Shown: one piece after another, positions 44,610 through 54,519 of the stretch
Layout: every line of letters begins with the position of its first letter
Numbering within the stretch: position 1 is the stretch's first letter
IMG/VR virus record: IMGVR_UViG_3300041402_000314
Coordinates: 124,001 to 188,000 of that record
Length of the DNA stretch: 64,000 nt
Reading direction: 5' to 3' (one strand)
Notes under the pieces: model-generated
Told to the model about the DNA's origin: nothing
The model's input: only the letters and a program-made list of their open reading frames with translations
Databases searched by the model: none
Translations under genes and position numbers: made by a program

Positions 44610-45593
44610 ATGTTTAGTCATGAAACTTTCAATCAGACAGAAACTAATTTCAATCATATTTATTTAGGTGTTGTAGAAGATAATAACGACCCTGATAAAG
44701 CAGGAAAGGTACAGGTAAGAATAGCTGGTTTACATACACCTAAGAAATCTCAGTCAAATACTGAGGGTATTCCAACAGAAGAATTACCTTGGGCTTTGCC
44801 GATGATGCCAATTACAAGTGGTGCGGTAAGCGGTCTAGGATATAATGGTGTTCCTGTACAGGGTGATTGGGTAGCTCTTTTCTTTATCGGTGGTAATCAC
44901 AATAATCCTGTTTATTTTGGAACATTAAAAAGTAAACCTGTTACTCCTGTAGATAGTAGCAAGGGATTTAATGACCCTAAAGGTAAATATCCTCTGGAAA
45001 CAGATAAAGCCGATTGGAATAAAGAGGCTAGATATGATGGCTCAGAAGAACTAAAATCATTAAAGGATGGAAATGTTGAAACCTTTGAACCTTCATCACC
45101 AGCGGAACCAGTTTATCCGAACAACACTGTATTTGAGACTCCAGATGGCGGTATTGTTGTTGAATATGATTCAACTCCTACTAAAGAAAGATGGCATGTT
45201 TTTCATAAGGCTTCAAAGTCATATATTGAGATTGGTCCGAATGGTGATATGGTAATGAAAAGCACTGGTGATAAATATGAGATATCAGCAAAAGGTAGAA
45301 AAATATTTGTAAAGGACAATGATGTTCAACAGATAGATGGTAATCTCACTATAACTGTTGCTGGTGATGCTACATTAGAAGCGACTAATATTAAGCTTGA
45401 TGTATCAACAGTTATAGATGCATTAGCAGCTACTATAAATTTAGGTTCGGGTGCTGAAAAGGCTGTTTTAGGTGATACCCTTGCAATTTTATATGCAGCA
45501 CATACGCATTTAACAACATCACCCGGAAACCCGACAAGTATACCGAGCAACGTCTTAACTACAGCATTATCAAACAAGGTAAATTTAGATTAA
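44610..45593 (+). CDS. gp5: Baseplate central spike, gp5-like OB fold, no lysozyme domain
   Basis: GVVED.NDP...G.VQVR..G.H, LPWA, G.WV..FF..G...P; C-terminal HTH apex; late promoter 44583-44590. Confidence 0.88.
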   Translation: MFSHETFNQTETNFNHIYLGVVEDNNDPDKAGKVQVRIAGLHTPKKSQSNTEGIPTEELPWALPMMPITSGAVSGLGYNGVPVQGDWVALFFIGGNHNNPVYFGTLKSKPVTPVDSSKGFNDPKGKYPLETDKADWNKEARYDGSEELKSLKDGNVETFEPSSPAEPVYPNNTVFETPDGGIVVEYDSTPTKERWHVFHKASKSYIEIGPNGDMVMKSTGDKYEISAKGRKIFVKDNDVQQIDGNLTITVAGDATLEATNIKLDVSTVIDALAATINLGSGAEKAVLGDTLAILYAAHTHLTTSPGNPTSIPSNVLTTALSNKVNLD

Positions 45594-45608
45594 AAAGGTA
45601 TATAAGAT

Positions 45609-46103
45609 ATGACAACTAATATTTCAACAGCACATCCAACTAAATTTAGATTAGTATTTCCTTTTCTTCCTTTCTTAGGAGAGAACGAGAAAGGAGATGC
45701 CTTAATATTATATTGTAGTGAAGTAACACTACCCGATTTAAGTATGGAACCAGATATTATACCTAATCAAATGTATGATAGTAAATTCGCTACAAAAAAT
45801 CTAAGTTATGGTGATATGGAGGTAGTATATACTATCGATGAGAAATTCACCAACTATAAATTGCTATTTGAGTGGATGATGTATCTTAAAGACCCTGAAA
45901 GATTTGAAGTTAGAAATGAAAAGATAGATGCCAGTCTTATGATCTATACTAATAATGATAACCCTACATTCAAGTTTAATTTGAAAAGTATATTCCCCAT
46001 TAATCTTAGTGGAATTAACTTCAGCAAGAAAACTGCTGATACTGAGGATATGGAAAATAATGTAACATTCGCAATGGAATATTACTTAATAGAGGAAGTA
46101 TAA
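45609..46103 (+). CDS. gp3: Tail completion protein, gp3-like (tube fold)
   Basis: V.LP, YGD....Y.IDE...NY..LFEWM, DA.L.I..N..NP, FP..LS...F. Confidence 0.75.
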   Translation: MTTNISTAHPTKFRLVFPFLPFLGENEKGDALILYCSEVTLPDLSMEPDIIPNQMYDSKFATKNLSYGDMEVVYTIDEKFTNYKLLFEWMMYLKDPERFEVRNEKIDASLMIYTNNDNPTFKFNLKSIFPINLSGINFSKKTADTEDMENNVTFAMEYYLIEEV

Positions 46104-46104
46104 T

Positions 46105-46491
46105 ATGGCTAATGGAGATAGTATATATTCTGATTTAGACATGAAATGGAGAAAGTTGACCAGCGGTGATGTTTATAAGGTGTTTGATGAGACAGCTATA
46201 AACCAAGCACTTCTTTCCCTTTTTAGTACCTTTAAGGGTGAAAGATATTTCAACCCTACATATGGCTCACGGATACCTTTTCTTCTCTTCGAACCTTTTG
46301 ATTCGTTGACGGCACAGCTTATTGTAGAGGACATTCAGGAATCCGTAAGAGTATGGGAACCTAGAGTAGAAATAACAGATTTGGATATTGATATGGATTT
46401 CGATAAACAAGTTTATAACGTAACAATGGTTTATAGAATAAAATCAACTACAGAAACAGGTCTTTTCGAAACCATACTAAAAACAAAATAA
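46105..46491 (+). CDS. gp25: Baseplate wedge/sheath initiator, gp25-like
   Basis: AI.Q.L..L..T.KGER.FNP.YGS.I..LLFEP...WEPRV. Confidence 0.9.
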   Translation: MANGDSIYSDLDMKWRKLTSGDVYKVFDETAINQALLSLFSTFKGERYFNPTYGSRIPFLLFEPFDSLTAQLIVEDIQESVRVWEPRVEITDLDIDMDFDKQVYNVTMVYRIKSTTETGLFETILKTK

Positions 46492-46499
46492 TATAAACA

Positions 46500-46507
46500 T
46501 ATAAATA
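46500..46507 (+). promoter_or_regulatory. T4-type late promoter
   Basis: TATAAATA upstream of gp6. Confidence 0.65.
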
Positions 46508-46543
46508 ATTACATAGATTCCAAACTATTATAAAGGATTATAC

Positions 46544-48076
46544 ATGGCATTACAACTAAACTATTCGTCTTTCGATTTCAACACTATCAAACAAAATTTG
46601 ATTACCTTACTCGAAAATGACCCTGTTTTCAAAGACTATAATTTTGGAGGGAGTAATATCAATACCTTCATCGAATTGATTTCTGGTATTGGAGACCTAT
46701 TCAATTTTTACATCAATGCGATGGCTGATGAATCATACATCCAATCTTCTGAATTATATGAAACTGTGAATAAATTGGTAAACCTTATAGGTTACAATCC
46801 TAGTGGCTATACGGCTTCTTCTCTTACTGTAGATTTATCGGCATCTATAGATTTTTCTAATGATGATGACTACTTTGAGATACCCAAATGGACTGGTTTT
46901 AGTGTTTTCTCGACTTCTCCAGAAGGTGAAGATATAAAATATACCAATCCTTCTAAGGTAATATCCGTAGGTGTTGCCGGAACTAATATATTTGATGATA
47001 GTGTTTTTCTAATTCAGGGTATAAAGGAAGTATCAGACCCTTATATAGGTACAGGTAATGCCTTTCAGACTATAGAAATAGAAGAAGATAAAGCTATTGA
47101 GGGATATATAGAAGTAACTATAGATGATGTAGTATGGACTTATGTTGAAAACTTACATAGAAATGTAGATAGTACCTCGAAAGTATTCACCACTAGATAT
47201 AACAAAAACAAGAAAGTCGAACTCTCTTTTGGAGATGGAGTTTTTGGCGTTATTCCTCCAATGAGTTCGGAAATTATTGTTACCTATATCAAAACATTGG
47301 GCGTGGATGGACAGATAGGAGCCAATGAAGTAACTGAAATGGACACTCCTATAGTAATTACTTTAGCTAACGGTACACCTACTGAAACAGAAATAGATTT
47401 TATTATTACTCAAACAGACGCTTCAGATGGAGGTAGGATACCTCTTAGTATTGAAGAAGTGAGAGAGTATGGTCCTAAATCATTCAGAACTCAAGATAGA
47501 GTAGTTACATCTCAAGATCATGAAGATATATTAATTTCGGAGTTTAGTGAATATGTCTTACAGGCAATAGTATTAAGCAGTGATGATTATTTTGATTTAT
47601 CGGGCGAATCTCCATCTACTAGCGGTAATTATTATAACAATGCTTATCTATATGTTTTACCTATAACAGGAAACACCATTACAGGTAACTTACAACAAGA
47701 GATGTTAGACTTCTTAGAAGATTATAAAATGGCTACCCTACATTATAATCTAAAGAATGTGGATTTTAGGGATATAGATACTGATATCAGCTTTAAGAGA
47801 CAGCCAGAAACCGTTAGAACTGTATTGGAAGTTAGCACCGATATCGAAACCACAGTAAAGGGATATTTTAGTAGATCAGAAAGAAAAATAAGTGAGGATT
47901 TGAAATATTCAGACCTTCTCAGTCAATTACAGAGTATAGAGGGAATATCTAGTTTAACTCTTTCACTCAGTTCTGATTTAGAAGCTGGCCTTAAGTATGA
48001 AAACATAGAGATGGGATTAGTACAATTCCCTATATTAAACAATTTAACTATAGCCTCCGCTGGAACAGGAGAATAA
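46544..48076 (+). CDS. gp6: Baseplate wedge subunit, gp6-like
   Basis: DF..IK..L...L.....FKDYNF.GS, E.Y..S..L...V..L...IGY.P, FGDG.FG..P, Q.R.VT..D. Confidence 0.9.
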   Translation: MALQLNYSSFDFNTIKQNLITLLENDPVFKDYNFGGSNINTFIELISGIGDLFNFYINAMADESYIQSSELYETVNKLVNLIGYNPSGYTASSLTVDLSASIDFSNDDDYFEIPKWTGFSVFSTSPEGEDIKYTNPSKVISVGVAGTNIFDDSVFLIQGIKEVSDPYIGTGNAFQTIEIEEDKAIEGYIEVTIDDVVWTYVENLHRNVDSTSKVFTTRYNKNKKVELSFGDGVFGVIPPMSSEIIVTYIKTLGVDGQIGANEVTEMDTPIVITLANGTPTETEIDFIITQTDASDGGRIPLSIEEVREYGPKSFRTQDRVVTSQDHEDILISEFSEYVLQAIVLSSDDYFDLSGESPSTSGNYYNNAYLYVLPITGNTITGNLQQEMLDFLEDYKMATLHYNLKNVDFRDIDTDISFKRQPETVRTVLEVSTDIETTVKGYFSRSERKISEDLKYSDLLSQLQSIEGISSLTLSLSSDLEAGLKYENIEMGLVQFPILNNLTIASAGTGE

Positions 48077-48086
48077 TAAATAAGAC

Positions 48087-50090
48087 ATGGCATTTAATCC
48101 TATTACAACAGGTTCACCTTTTGATGGTTTTTTCGAAGAACATCTTCCCAAATTCTTCTTCGAAAAATTCAAAGGAAATGACTTAATTAGAATTCAGAGT
48201 ATCCTATCTAATTTGGAAATAGCTTTCGATAATATTTATCAGAAAACAAAAGAATTTCCAGATAATTTGGATATTGATATTGCTGAAGTAAAATATCTTT
48301 TTCATCTAGGGTCATTATTGGGCATTCCCGATATTGAGGATTTAAGTAAATATTTCGATAGTGATGGAAATTTAGATACCGCATTAATAAATCAGAGTCA
48401 GTATGATAAGTTATATGTCCATCAAAGAACTCAAATTGCGGATGCTGTTGCTGGCTATCTATTAAAAGGAACTAAAGAAAGCATCATAAGATTATTACAA
48501 AGTTATGGAATAATTACAGATGTTAGGGAGCTATGGGCGGAGAATATCATAGAAGGACCGTATTTTGAATATGAAAATTCATTAATAACTAGATATGGAA
48601 GTGCTATAACTGGTTCAGTATCGGGAGACGTATATACTGAAGACGAGCCTATTGATATAATTTCGGAGATTTCGGCTACGGTTCCATCGATAACAGGAAT
48701 AGGCGATATTGAACAATTCGAAATGAATAACTATGGGTACAAATATTTATTGGATGATAATAATACGCTTTATTATAAAACATCTACAGTAGCCGAAATA
48801 TCTGGAAGTACAGAAGACACATGGTACGAATATGATTCATCCACATTGACTATAAGTGGGGATATTATAGAGTTTAAATTATTAAACGATAAAATTTATC
48901 TAAGAACAGATGCCTATGATCTAGCGGTTTTAGATTATCATCTTGACGATCTAACCATTACCCCAGATTTCAGCATTGATAATAATGATCTAATATTCTT
49001 TGATTTCATCGAAAATGGAACATATATCTTCTTGGATAGGGACTCTAAACTAGAAGTAAGAAACGTTGATGATTATCAGCGTCTAGCTAATAGTATTGAT
49101 AAGCCTGTAAGCAATACCGAAGATATCAATCAAATATTATTAAAAGAAGATAAAGAGTATCTGATTATAAATACTAACAAGAAAGGATATATTTTAAACG
49201 TTGATACGAACGGAGGAACTTATAATCTAAATTCTCCTGCTACCGTATATGATTTATTAATAGACTCGGACGAAATCAACTATAAAGGTTTTCGTATTGA
49301 AGACAACTCTTTCACTATTTTAAAATACAATACTTCTGATATTGCTTTAACTGGTAGTTATTTTAGTTTTGATGACGATGATAATATGTCGATCACAACC
49401 CCAACCGTTTCAATTGCTTTCACTGAAGTAAATGATTACCACCAACATTTGGAACGTGTTTTGGTATTAGGTGACACTAATTTTGGAATTTTTAACTTAA
49501 AAGATAAATCTATAGTTGTTTATAATTATGTGACAACAGGCTACGATTATAAAAAAGTTTTTGATTTGGATTTGTTTTACTTCTTAAGATTTAGTGGGTC
49601 TGATTTAGACCTAACAAAAATAACTGGATGGAACTCTTTTAAAGAATTTCTATACAAAACACATTATTTTGATTTAACCGTTGGTGAAGATATTTTAGAT
49701 GGAGTTATCGATTTTACCATTACTACCTCTTCATTAAGAACATTTGTAGAAGATTTACTATTATTAGTTAAACCCATTCATACTGAATTAAGAGCGTTAA
49801 CTACGATATTTGCTAATTATTTAGAAGATAGTATTACTGTTACTAATAATGATTTATTATCGGAAGTTCCTGTCGTTTCGGGCGGCCCTGAATTCTCATT
49901 AATAATGTTAGCGAAATATAATGGTATACATCCTTGGAAACGAACAAATGCACAACCTCTTAAATATAATAACGATGGGATTGGCGGAAATCCGACATTC
50001 AAATATGGTGATACCACCTTCAATTTTGAAATTGATACCGATAATACCGATTTAGATAATTTAGTGTATTATAACACATCTTTACCATAA
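48087..50090 (+). CDS. Baseplate wedge subunit, gp7/P2 gpI-like
   Basis: YL.HLG.LLG, Y.LKGT.ESI..LL...G, VKP.HT; follows gp6. Confidence 0.65.
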   Translation: MAFNPITTGSPFDGFFEEHLPKFFFEKFKGNDLIRIQSILSNLEIAFDNIYQKTKEFPDNLDIDIAEVKYLFHLGSLLGIPDIEDLSKYFDSDGNLDTALINQSQYDKLYVHQRTQIADAVAGYLLKGTKESIIRLLQSYGIITDVRELWAENIIEGPYFEYENSLITRYGSAITGSVSGDVYTEDEPIDIISEISATVPSITGIGDIEQFEMNNYGYKYLLDDNNTLYYKTSTVAEISGSTEDTWYEYDSSTLTISGDIIEFKLLNDKIYLRTDAYDLAVLDYHLDDLTITPDFSIDNNDLIFFDFIENGTYIFLDRDSKLEVRNVDDYQRLANSIDKPVSNTEDINQILLKEDKEYLIINTNKKGYILNVDTNGGTYNLNSPATVYDLLIDSDEINYKGFRIEDNSFTILKYNTSDIALTGSYFSFDDDDNMSITTPTVSIAFTEVNDYHQHLERVLVLGDTNFGIFNLKDKSIVVYNYVTTGYDYKKVFDLDLFYFLRFSGSDLDLTKITGWNSFKEFLYKTHYFDLTVGEDILDGVIDFTITTSSLRTFVEDLLLLVKPIHTELRALTTIFANYLEDSITVTNNDLLSEVPVVSGGPEFSLIMLAKYNGIHPWKRTNAQPLKYNNDGIGGNPTFKYGDTTFNFEIDTDNTDLDNLVYYNTSLP

Positions 50091-50102
50091 CAGGAGATTA
50101 AA

Positions 50103-50627
50103 ATGATAGAAATTAAAGATGAAAGCAGTTCAATATTAAAAGGCGAACTCCATATTAAAATGTTTGACCGCGATGAACTAATTTTTGAAGGCTCGGAAAG
50201 AAATTTGGTAGTGGATAATAGTCAAATAATAGTAACTGGTTTGATTGCTTCAGATTTTGCGAATTATACTATATCACAAATAGGATTCGGTGATGGTACA
50301 ACTCCTGCTATATCAGGCGATGCTATACTTCAAGGAGATTATACTAGAAAGAAAGATGCTGATATAGGCGATAATGTAATATTTGGAGCTAATATAGCAC
50401 AGGTTTATTGGAATGTTGACTATGATAATGATATAGGTGGAAAAACATTCGAGGGCGGTATAGGCGGTACTTGGACTGATGGCGACCCATTTACAATAAA
50501 GGAATTTGGATTATTTTCTACTAATAATAATATATTCAATAGAATTGTTTGGACAGGACCAGATTTAGTTATGGATGTGGGTATACAAATCGAAGGGCAT
50601 TTCGCAATAACAGTAAACATAACTTAA
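50103..50627 (+). CDS. Baseplate/tail-fibre attachment protein
   Basis: NLVVD, IGFGDGTTPA...D, IKEFGLF pattern of fibre-collar domains. Confidence 0.55.
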   Translation: MIEIKDESSSILKGELHIKMFDRDELIFEGSERNLVVDNSQIIVTGLIASDFANYTISQIGFGDGTTPAISGDAILQGDYTRKKDADIGDNVIFGANIAQVYWNVDYDNDIGGKTFEGGIGGTWTDGDPFTIKEFGLFSTNNNIFNRIVWTGPDLVMDVGIQIEGHFAITVNIT

Positions 50628-50643
50628 AAATAAGGATTATAAC

Positions 50644-51786
50644 ATGGCGATAATTAGCGATACTTCAATAACACCAATATTGAGTTCAGACGATGTAACC
50701 GCTGAGACTGCGAATACTGCTCACGATGAATTGAAAGTCCATATAGAAACTTTAAATACTTATCTTTCTGCACAAGTCGAGGATTGGATTGTTATCGATT
50801 CCGAAGGCGATTATGCAACATTAACGGCTTATCTTGCAGATGCACCAGCGGCAGGAGATAGAATACTTGTTAAGGAAGATCAAACCGTTACCGTCCAGAC
50901 GGGTATCCCTTCAGATGTAACTATAAAGTTTCTGGATGGCGCGAACCTTTTAAGCTCGACCGCAATTGCTACATCATTATTGAAGATGGGAAGCAACGTT
51001 ATAATTGAAGGCGTATTAAATATTGTTATGAATCAAGCCGGAACAACTGCAAAAGCAGTTGAGTTTGATGGAGACAATGTAGTTGGTAAAATAAATGTTT
51101 CTAATGTATCGTCAGGTATAGTGACAACTGCTTATCACATCAATGGTAATAAAACAGGAAATAGAATTGATGGGTTTGTTCAAAATACAGGAGGCGGTAC
51201 ATTAACAAATTACTTTATTGATAATTCTACTGAGGATTCAAACCTATTGATACTTGTGGACGCTGCAAATAATATAATTAGAACTAACGGAACTGCTTTT
51301 GTTGATTTATTGAATCCACAAGATATTGCAGGAGAAAAAACATTGCTTTCTAGCCCCATATTAAAAGGCACGGCTCCATCTTTGAGACTTGAAGAAACTG
51401 GCGTAGCTGCGGATAATGGAAAATGGGCTATCGCTGCCAACGGTGAAATATTAACTTTAGCTGTGGTCAATGATGCTGAATCGAGTTCGTCTACCGCGTT
51501 AGCTATAAGCAGAACTGATACAACAGTTGATACAATTAATTTATTACCAACTAATTTACAACACAATGGAACAAAAATACCTACTGTCAGCAGTACAGAT
51601 ACATTGTCAAATAAATCCTTTTCCGATTTGCCTGTATGCGATGTTGGAATAACTCTAGTTCCGGGAGGCACTACTACCCCAACGCATAGTGCGCCGCTAG
51701 GGACTTTATGGGTTGGTTCTAATGCTACTTTATGGATAAATGAAAACGGTGCTACACAGTGGATAATTGTTGGACTTCAAAATTAA
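50644..51786 (+). CDS. Tail fibre/spike protein
   Basis: Asn/Thr/Gly-rich beta-helix-like middle; position after baseplate. Confidence 0.6.
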   Translation: MAIISDTSITPILSSDDVTAETANTAHDELKVHIETLNTYLSAQVEDWIVIDSEGDYATLTAYLADAPAAGDRILVKEDQTVTVQTGIPSDVTIKFLDGANLLSSTAIATSLLKMGSNVIIEGVLNIVMNQAGTTAKAVEFDGDNVVGKINVSNVSSGIVTTAYHINGNKTGNRIDGFVQNTGGGTLTNYFIDNSTEDSNLLILVDAANNIIRTNGTAFVDLLNPQDIAGEKTLLSSPILKGTAPSLRLEETGVAADNGKWAIAANGEILTLAVVNDAESSSSTALAISRTDTTVDTINLLPTNLQHNGTKIPTVSSTDTLSNKSFSDLPVCDVGITLVPGGTTTPTHSAPLGTLWVGSNATLWINENGATQWIIVGLQN

Positions 51787-51925
51787 TATTTCGATTTAAT
51801 GGCTGTTAAAAGTGAAGATGAGAGTATAGCACATATAAATTGGCAATGTCCTAATTATATTTGTCAAGATATTCCTGCAAAATTAGTAGTGGAAACTTTT
51901 AATCAAGAAATTTTTAAATGAGTGT

Positions 51926-51965
51926 AAAACATGAGAAGTTATCCCTAGAACTTCTCATGTTTTTT
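51926..51965. terminator. Bidirectional intrinsic terminator
   Basis: 15-bp inverted repeat AAAACATGAGAAGTT/AACTTCTCATGTTTT between convergent genes. Confidence 0.8.
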
Positions 51966-51976
51966 GATTTATCTTT

Positions 51977-52363
51977 TTAAAAGTTTAATCTTCCTTCAAG
52001 TATATTAAATTTACCTGCATTATTACTTGCGTACCTACCATCTACAGCGTGTTGGCATTCATGCCTAAACTTTATCTCAAAGTTACCAACTTCTTTTTTA
52101 ATCCCTAAAGCATAGTTAATTTGCTTAGGGTATGCTCCACGCTCATCTATATCTCTCATTAATGTTGTCTCTTTAATAAAGAGTGTAGGCCACTTCTTAG
52201 ATTTGATCTCTATATATATTCCTGCGTAGTAAGATATGTCTCTACCCTCTAAACCGATTTTCCCATAATTAAGATACTTTCCTAAAAACAAATATCCCGA
52301 TGTTTCAGCAAAACATGTAGACGGAAATAGTAGTAATAATAAAAGTAAGATCATTTTTTTCAT
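51977..52363 (-). CDS. Small exported, possibly outer-membrane beta-barrel protein
   Basis: Signal peptide MKKMILLLLLL...CFA; alternating beta pattern; ends GRLNF. Confidence 0.55.
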   Translation of the reverse strand: MKKMILLLLLLLFPSTCFAETSGYLFLGKYLNYGKIGLEGRDISYYAGIYIEIKSKKWPTLFIKETTLMRDIDERGAYPKQINYALGIKKEVGNFEIKFRHECQHAVDGRYASNNAGKFNILEGRLNF

Positions 52364-52408
52364 TTTATCCTCTCCTCCATTAAAGTTATCTCACTCACTT
52401 ATAATTAC

Positions 52409-52471
52409 ATCATACCACAACCATTCAGTAAAGTCAATCATTTTTTCAATAAAAAGTAAAAGATATAAATA
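52409..52471. promoter_or_regulatory. Back-to-back early (-) and late (+) promoters
   Basis: TTGACT-17-TATGAT on - (52409-52437); TATAAATA on + (52464-52471). Confidence 0.7.
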
Positions 52472-52513
52472 ATTGAAAGTAATTTTATTTCATTTAAGGA
52501 CAAATTATAAACC

Positions 52514-52888
52514 ATGACTGAAGAAGAAAAATTAGAAAGGAGAGAGTCATTGAGTGAAGATGCTATCGAAGACGTAGTTAGAAAAACTTTACAGCGGATG
52601 AACGGCGAGAAAGACATCATTGCTAATAGAGCCACTGATAGAATTGTCAAGGAAATGAGTAAAAAATTCCATCTTGACTTCGAGGACGAAGAAGAAAAGA
52701 AGCAATTTAAAGCATCTATACCACAATTAATTGAACTAAATAAATATCTTAATACTACCAAAAAAAGTGCTAGATGGATAGTCCTGCTTTTATTAGCATG
52801 GGCGTTACAAGATGTTTTCGCATGGGTTTGGGAAACTTCCAAAGCTTTATACGATTGGATAGAAGTATTAAAAATTAGCGGGAAATAA
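52514..52888 (+). CDS. Lysis-cassette membrane protein (holin/antiholin candidate)
   Basis: C-terminal TM segment; first gene of cassette. Confidence 0.45.
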   Translation: MTEEEKLERRESLSEDAIEDVVRKTLQRMNGEKDIIANRATDRIVKEMSKKFHLDFEDEEEKKQFKASIPQLIELNKYLNTTKKSARWIVLLLLAWALQDVFAWVWETSKALYDWIEVLKISGK

Positions 52889-52890
52889 TT

Positions 52891-53448
52891 ATGATAGTTT
52901 ATTGGAGCGTAGGACATGACGCAAAGCGAAAAGGCGCATATAATGAGAAATATAACATATATGAATATGATGTATGTGTTGAACTAACTCAATATTGCAT
53001 CGAGGAAGCACTAGGATTGGATATAGACAGCGAAAAAGTTTATTCCGACTGTCTGGGTGCAGCAATAAAAGAAATCAATCAGAAGGCAAATACGGACGAT
53101 ATAGCTATAGAGGTTCATGTTAACTCCATCTCTGCTCAACATGCGGATAGAATTCATGGTTGTGAAGTCGAATACTATAAAGGCAGTAAGCGAGGAAAAA
53201 AATTAGCATATTATGTCCAGAACTCAATAAAGGCTTTTCATAAATTGAGAGATTGTAAGAACGATGCTAGAGACGATCTTGGATTTTTAGAGAAGACTAA
53301 ATGTACTGCTATCATCCCAGAACCTTTCTTTCTTTCGAGTGATCAAAATGTACAGCGATTTCTAATAGGCGATAGAGAAGCAAAATTACGAGGTCTTGCA
53401 TATACGATAGCTTTAGGCGTAAAACAATTTATAGATCAGGAGACGTAA
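52891..53448 (+). CDS. Endolysin, N-acetylmuramoyl-L-alanine amidase (Amidase_3)
   Basis: GH.....GA....E, IEVH.NS, G.EV.Y, L.FL..T.C.AI..EP.F. Confidence 0.85.
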   Translation: MIVYWSVGHDAKRKGAYNEKYNIYEYDVCVELTQYCIEEALGLDIDSEKVYSDCLGAAIKEINQKANTDDIAIEVHVNSISAQHADRIHGCEVEYYKGSKRGKKLAYYVQNSIKAFHKLRDCKNDARDDLGFLEKTKCTAIIPEPFFLSSDQNVQRFLIGDREAKLRGLAYTIALGVKQFIDQET

Positions 53449-53741
53449 TGGCTGAAGAAAAGAAATTAGGATTTTGGGGATACTTTAAACCATTGGTTTG
53501 TGATAATGATAGTGGATTGTCATTAGGGAGGATATCTTTCTGGATAGTTCTTTATAAGGCTCTAAGCATATGGGAAGTTATCGTAAGCACTAAGGGAGAG
53601 GTGTCTATAGTAGATATACCACCATATTTATTTTATCTATTAGGCGCATTACTAGCTTATGGATGTTATAAAAAATTAACAGACCCGAAATCCATCATAT
53701 TAATTAAAGCGTGGAAAGGAACGGATAAAGAAAATGTTTAG
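53448..53741 (+). CDS. Holin candidate, 2 TM
   Basis: SLGRI plus two hydrophobic helices, basic C-terminus; follows endolysin. Confidence 0.6.
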   Translation: MAEEKKLGFWGYFKPLVCDNDSGLSLGRISFWIVLYKALSIWEVIVSTKGEVSIVDIPPYLFYLLGALLAYGCYKKLTDPKSIILIKAWKGTDKENV

Positions 53742-54156
53742 TGCAATAATAGATATTTTTAAGAACTTAACAGCCATTATAAAGAATCTGAATCTAACTA
53801 GAGAACAGACTATTATAGCCTTATGTGTCTTTGCGTTAGCGGGGAGCTTATGGGCAGTCAGTCATTATAAAGGTGAGGCCAATAAATTTGAAATAGATTT
53901 ACTTTCTACTCAAAAAGAATTGTTCATCGAAAGAAATAATCCGACAATCGATACTAATATCAAAGAGAAGAAACAGCTACAGTCTGAATTGAATAATAAG
54001 AACAAAGAATTAGTAATGCTTTATAAAAAATATAACGATCTTCTGAGTAGTGGAATCACATACACAGAAGCAATGGAGGGATTAGGTGATATCAACAATA
54101 CGCAAGACATCTGTGATGCTTGGGTTCGTCTTGGTTTCTATATTTGTGACGAATAG
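53734..54156 (+). CDS. Inner-membrane spanin-like protein
   Basis: N-terminal TM, coiled coil, C-terminal Cys pair. Confidence 0.5.
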   Translation: MFSAIIDIFKNLTAIIKNLNLTREQTIIALCVFALAGSLWAVSHYKGEANKFEIDLLSTQKELFIERNNPTIDTNIKEKKQLQSELNNKNKELVMLYKKYNDLLSSGITYTEAMEGLGDINNTQDICDAWVRLGFYICDE

Positions 54157-54508
54157 CGCATTTGCCGAAGAAGATAAAAAAGTACATTTAAACGTTCCAC
54201 ATTCTATGAATGCTCTCATAACTTTTCAACATTGTAAAGTAAATTCAAAAGTCAAAGATGAAAAGATAATTGTCCTCAGTGATATTATAGCAAAGGAAGA
54301 AGAAAAAGTCAAGAATCTTTTTGATCAGAATAGATTATCTATTGAGAATAGTGATATGCATAAGAAGCAAGCTAAAGAATGGAAGAAAGAATATAAACAA
54401 TGTACAAAGGAATTGATAGATGCTAAAGACTGGCCTATATGGAAATTCGATTTTAAAAGTATAAGTGTAGGTTCAATATTAACATTACTTGCAATATTAG
54501 TAATTTAG
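54086..54508 (+). CDS. Second spanin-like protein (signal peptide, coiled coil, C-terminal TM)
   Basis: Overlaps previous gene; SAFA|E cleavage site, no lipobox. Confidence 0.45.
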   Translation: MISTIRKTSVMLGFVLVSIFVTNSAFAEEDKKVHLNVPHSMNALITFQHCKVNSKVKDEKIIVLSDIIAKEEEKVKNLFDQNRLSIENSDMHKKQAKEWKKEYKQCTKELIDAKDWPIWKFDFKSISVGSILTLLAILVI

Positions 54509-54519
54509 GAGATAAATAA

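Noticed and set aside
51799-51921. 40-aa ORF after the tail fibre (C...C motif), possibly a gene fragment
   Set aside because: Too short, no clear RBS; no product can be supported.
52438-52917. 159-aa minus-strand ORF
   Set aside because: Antisense to 52514-52888 and runs across promoter elements; no RBS.
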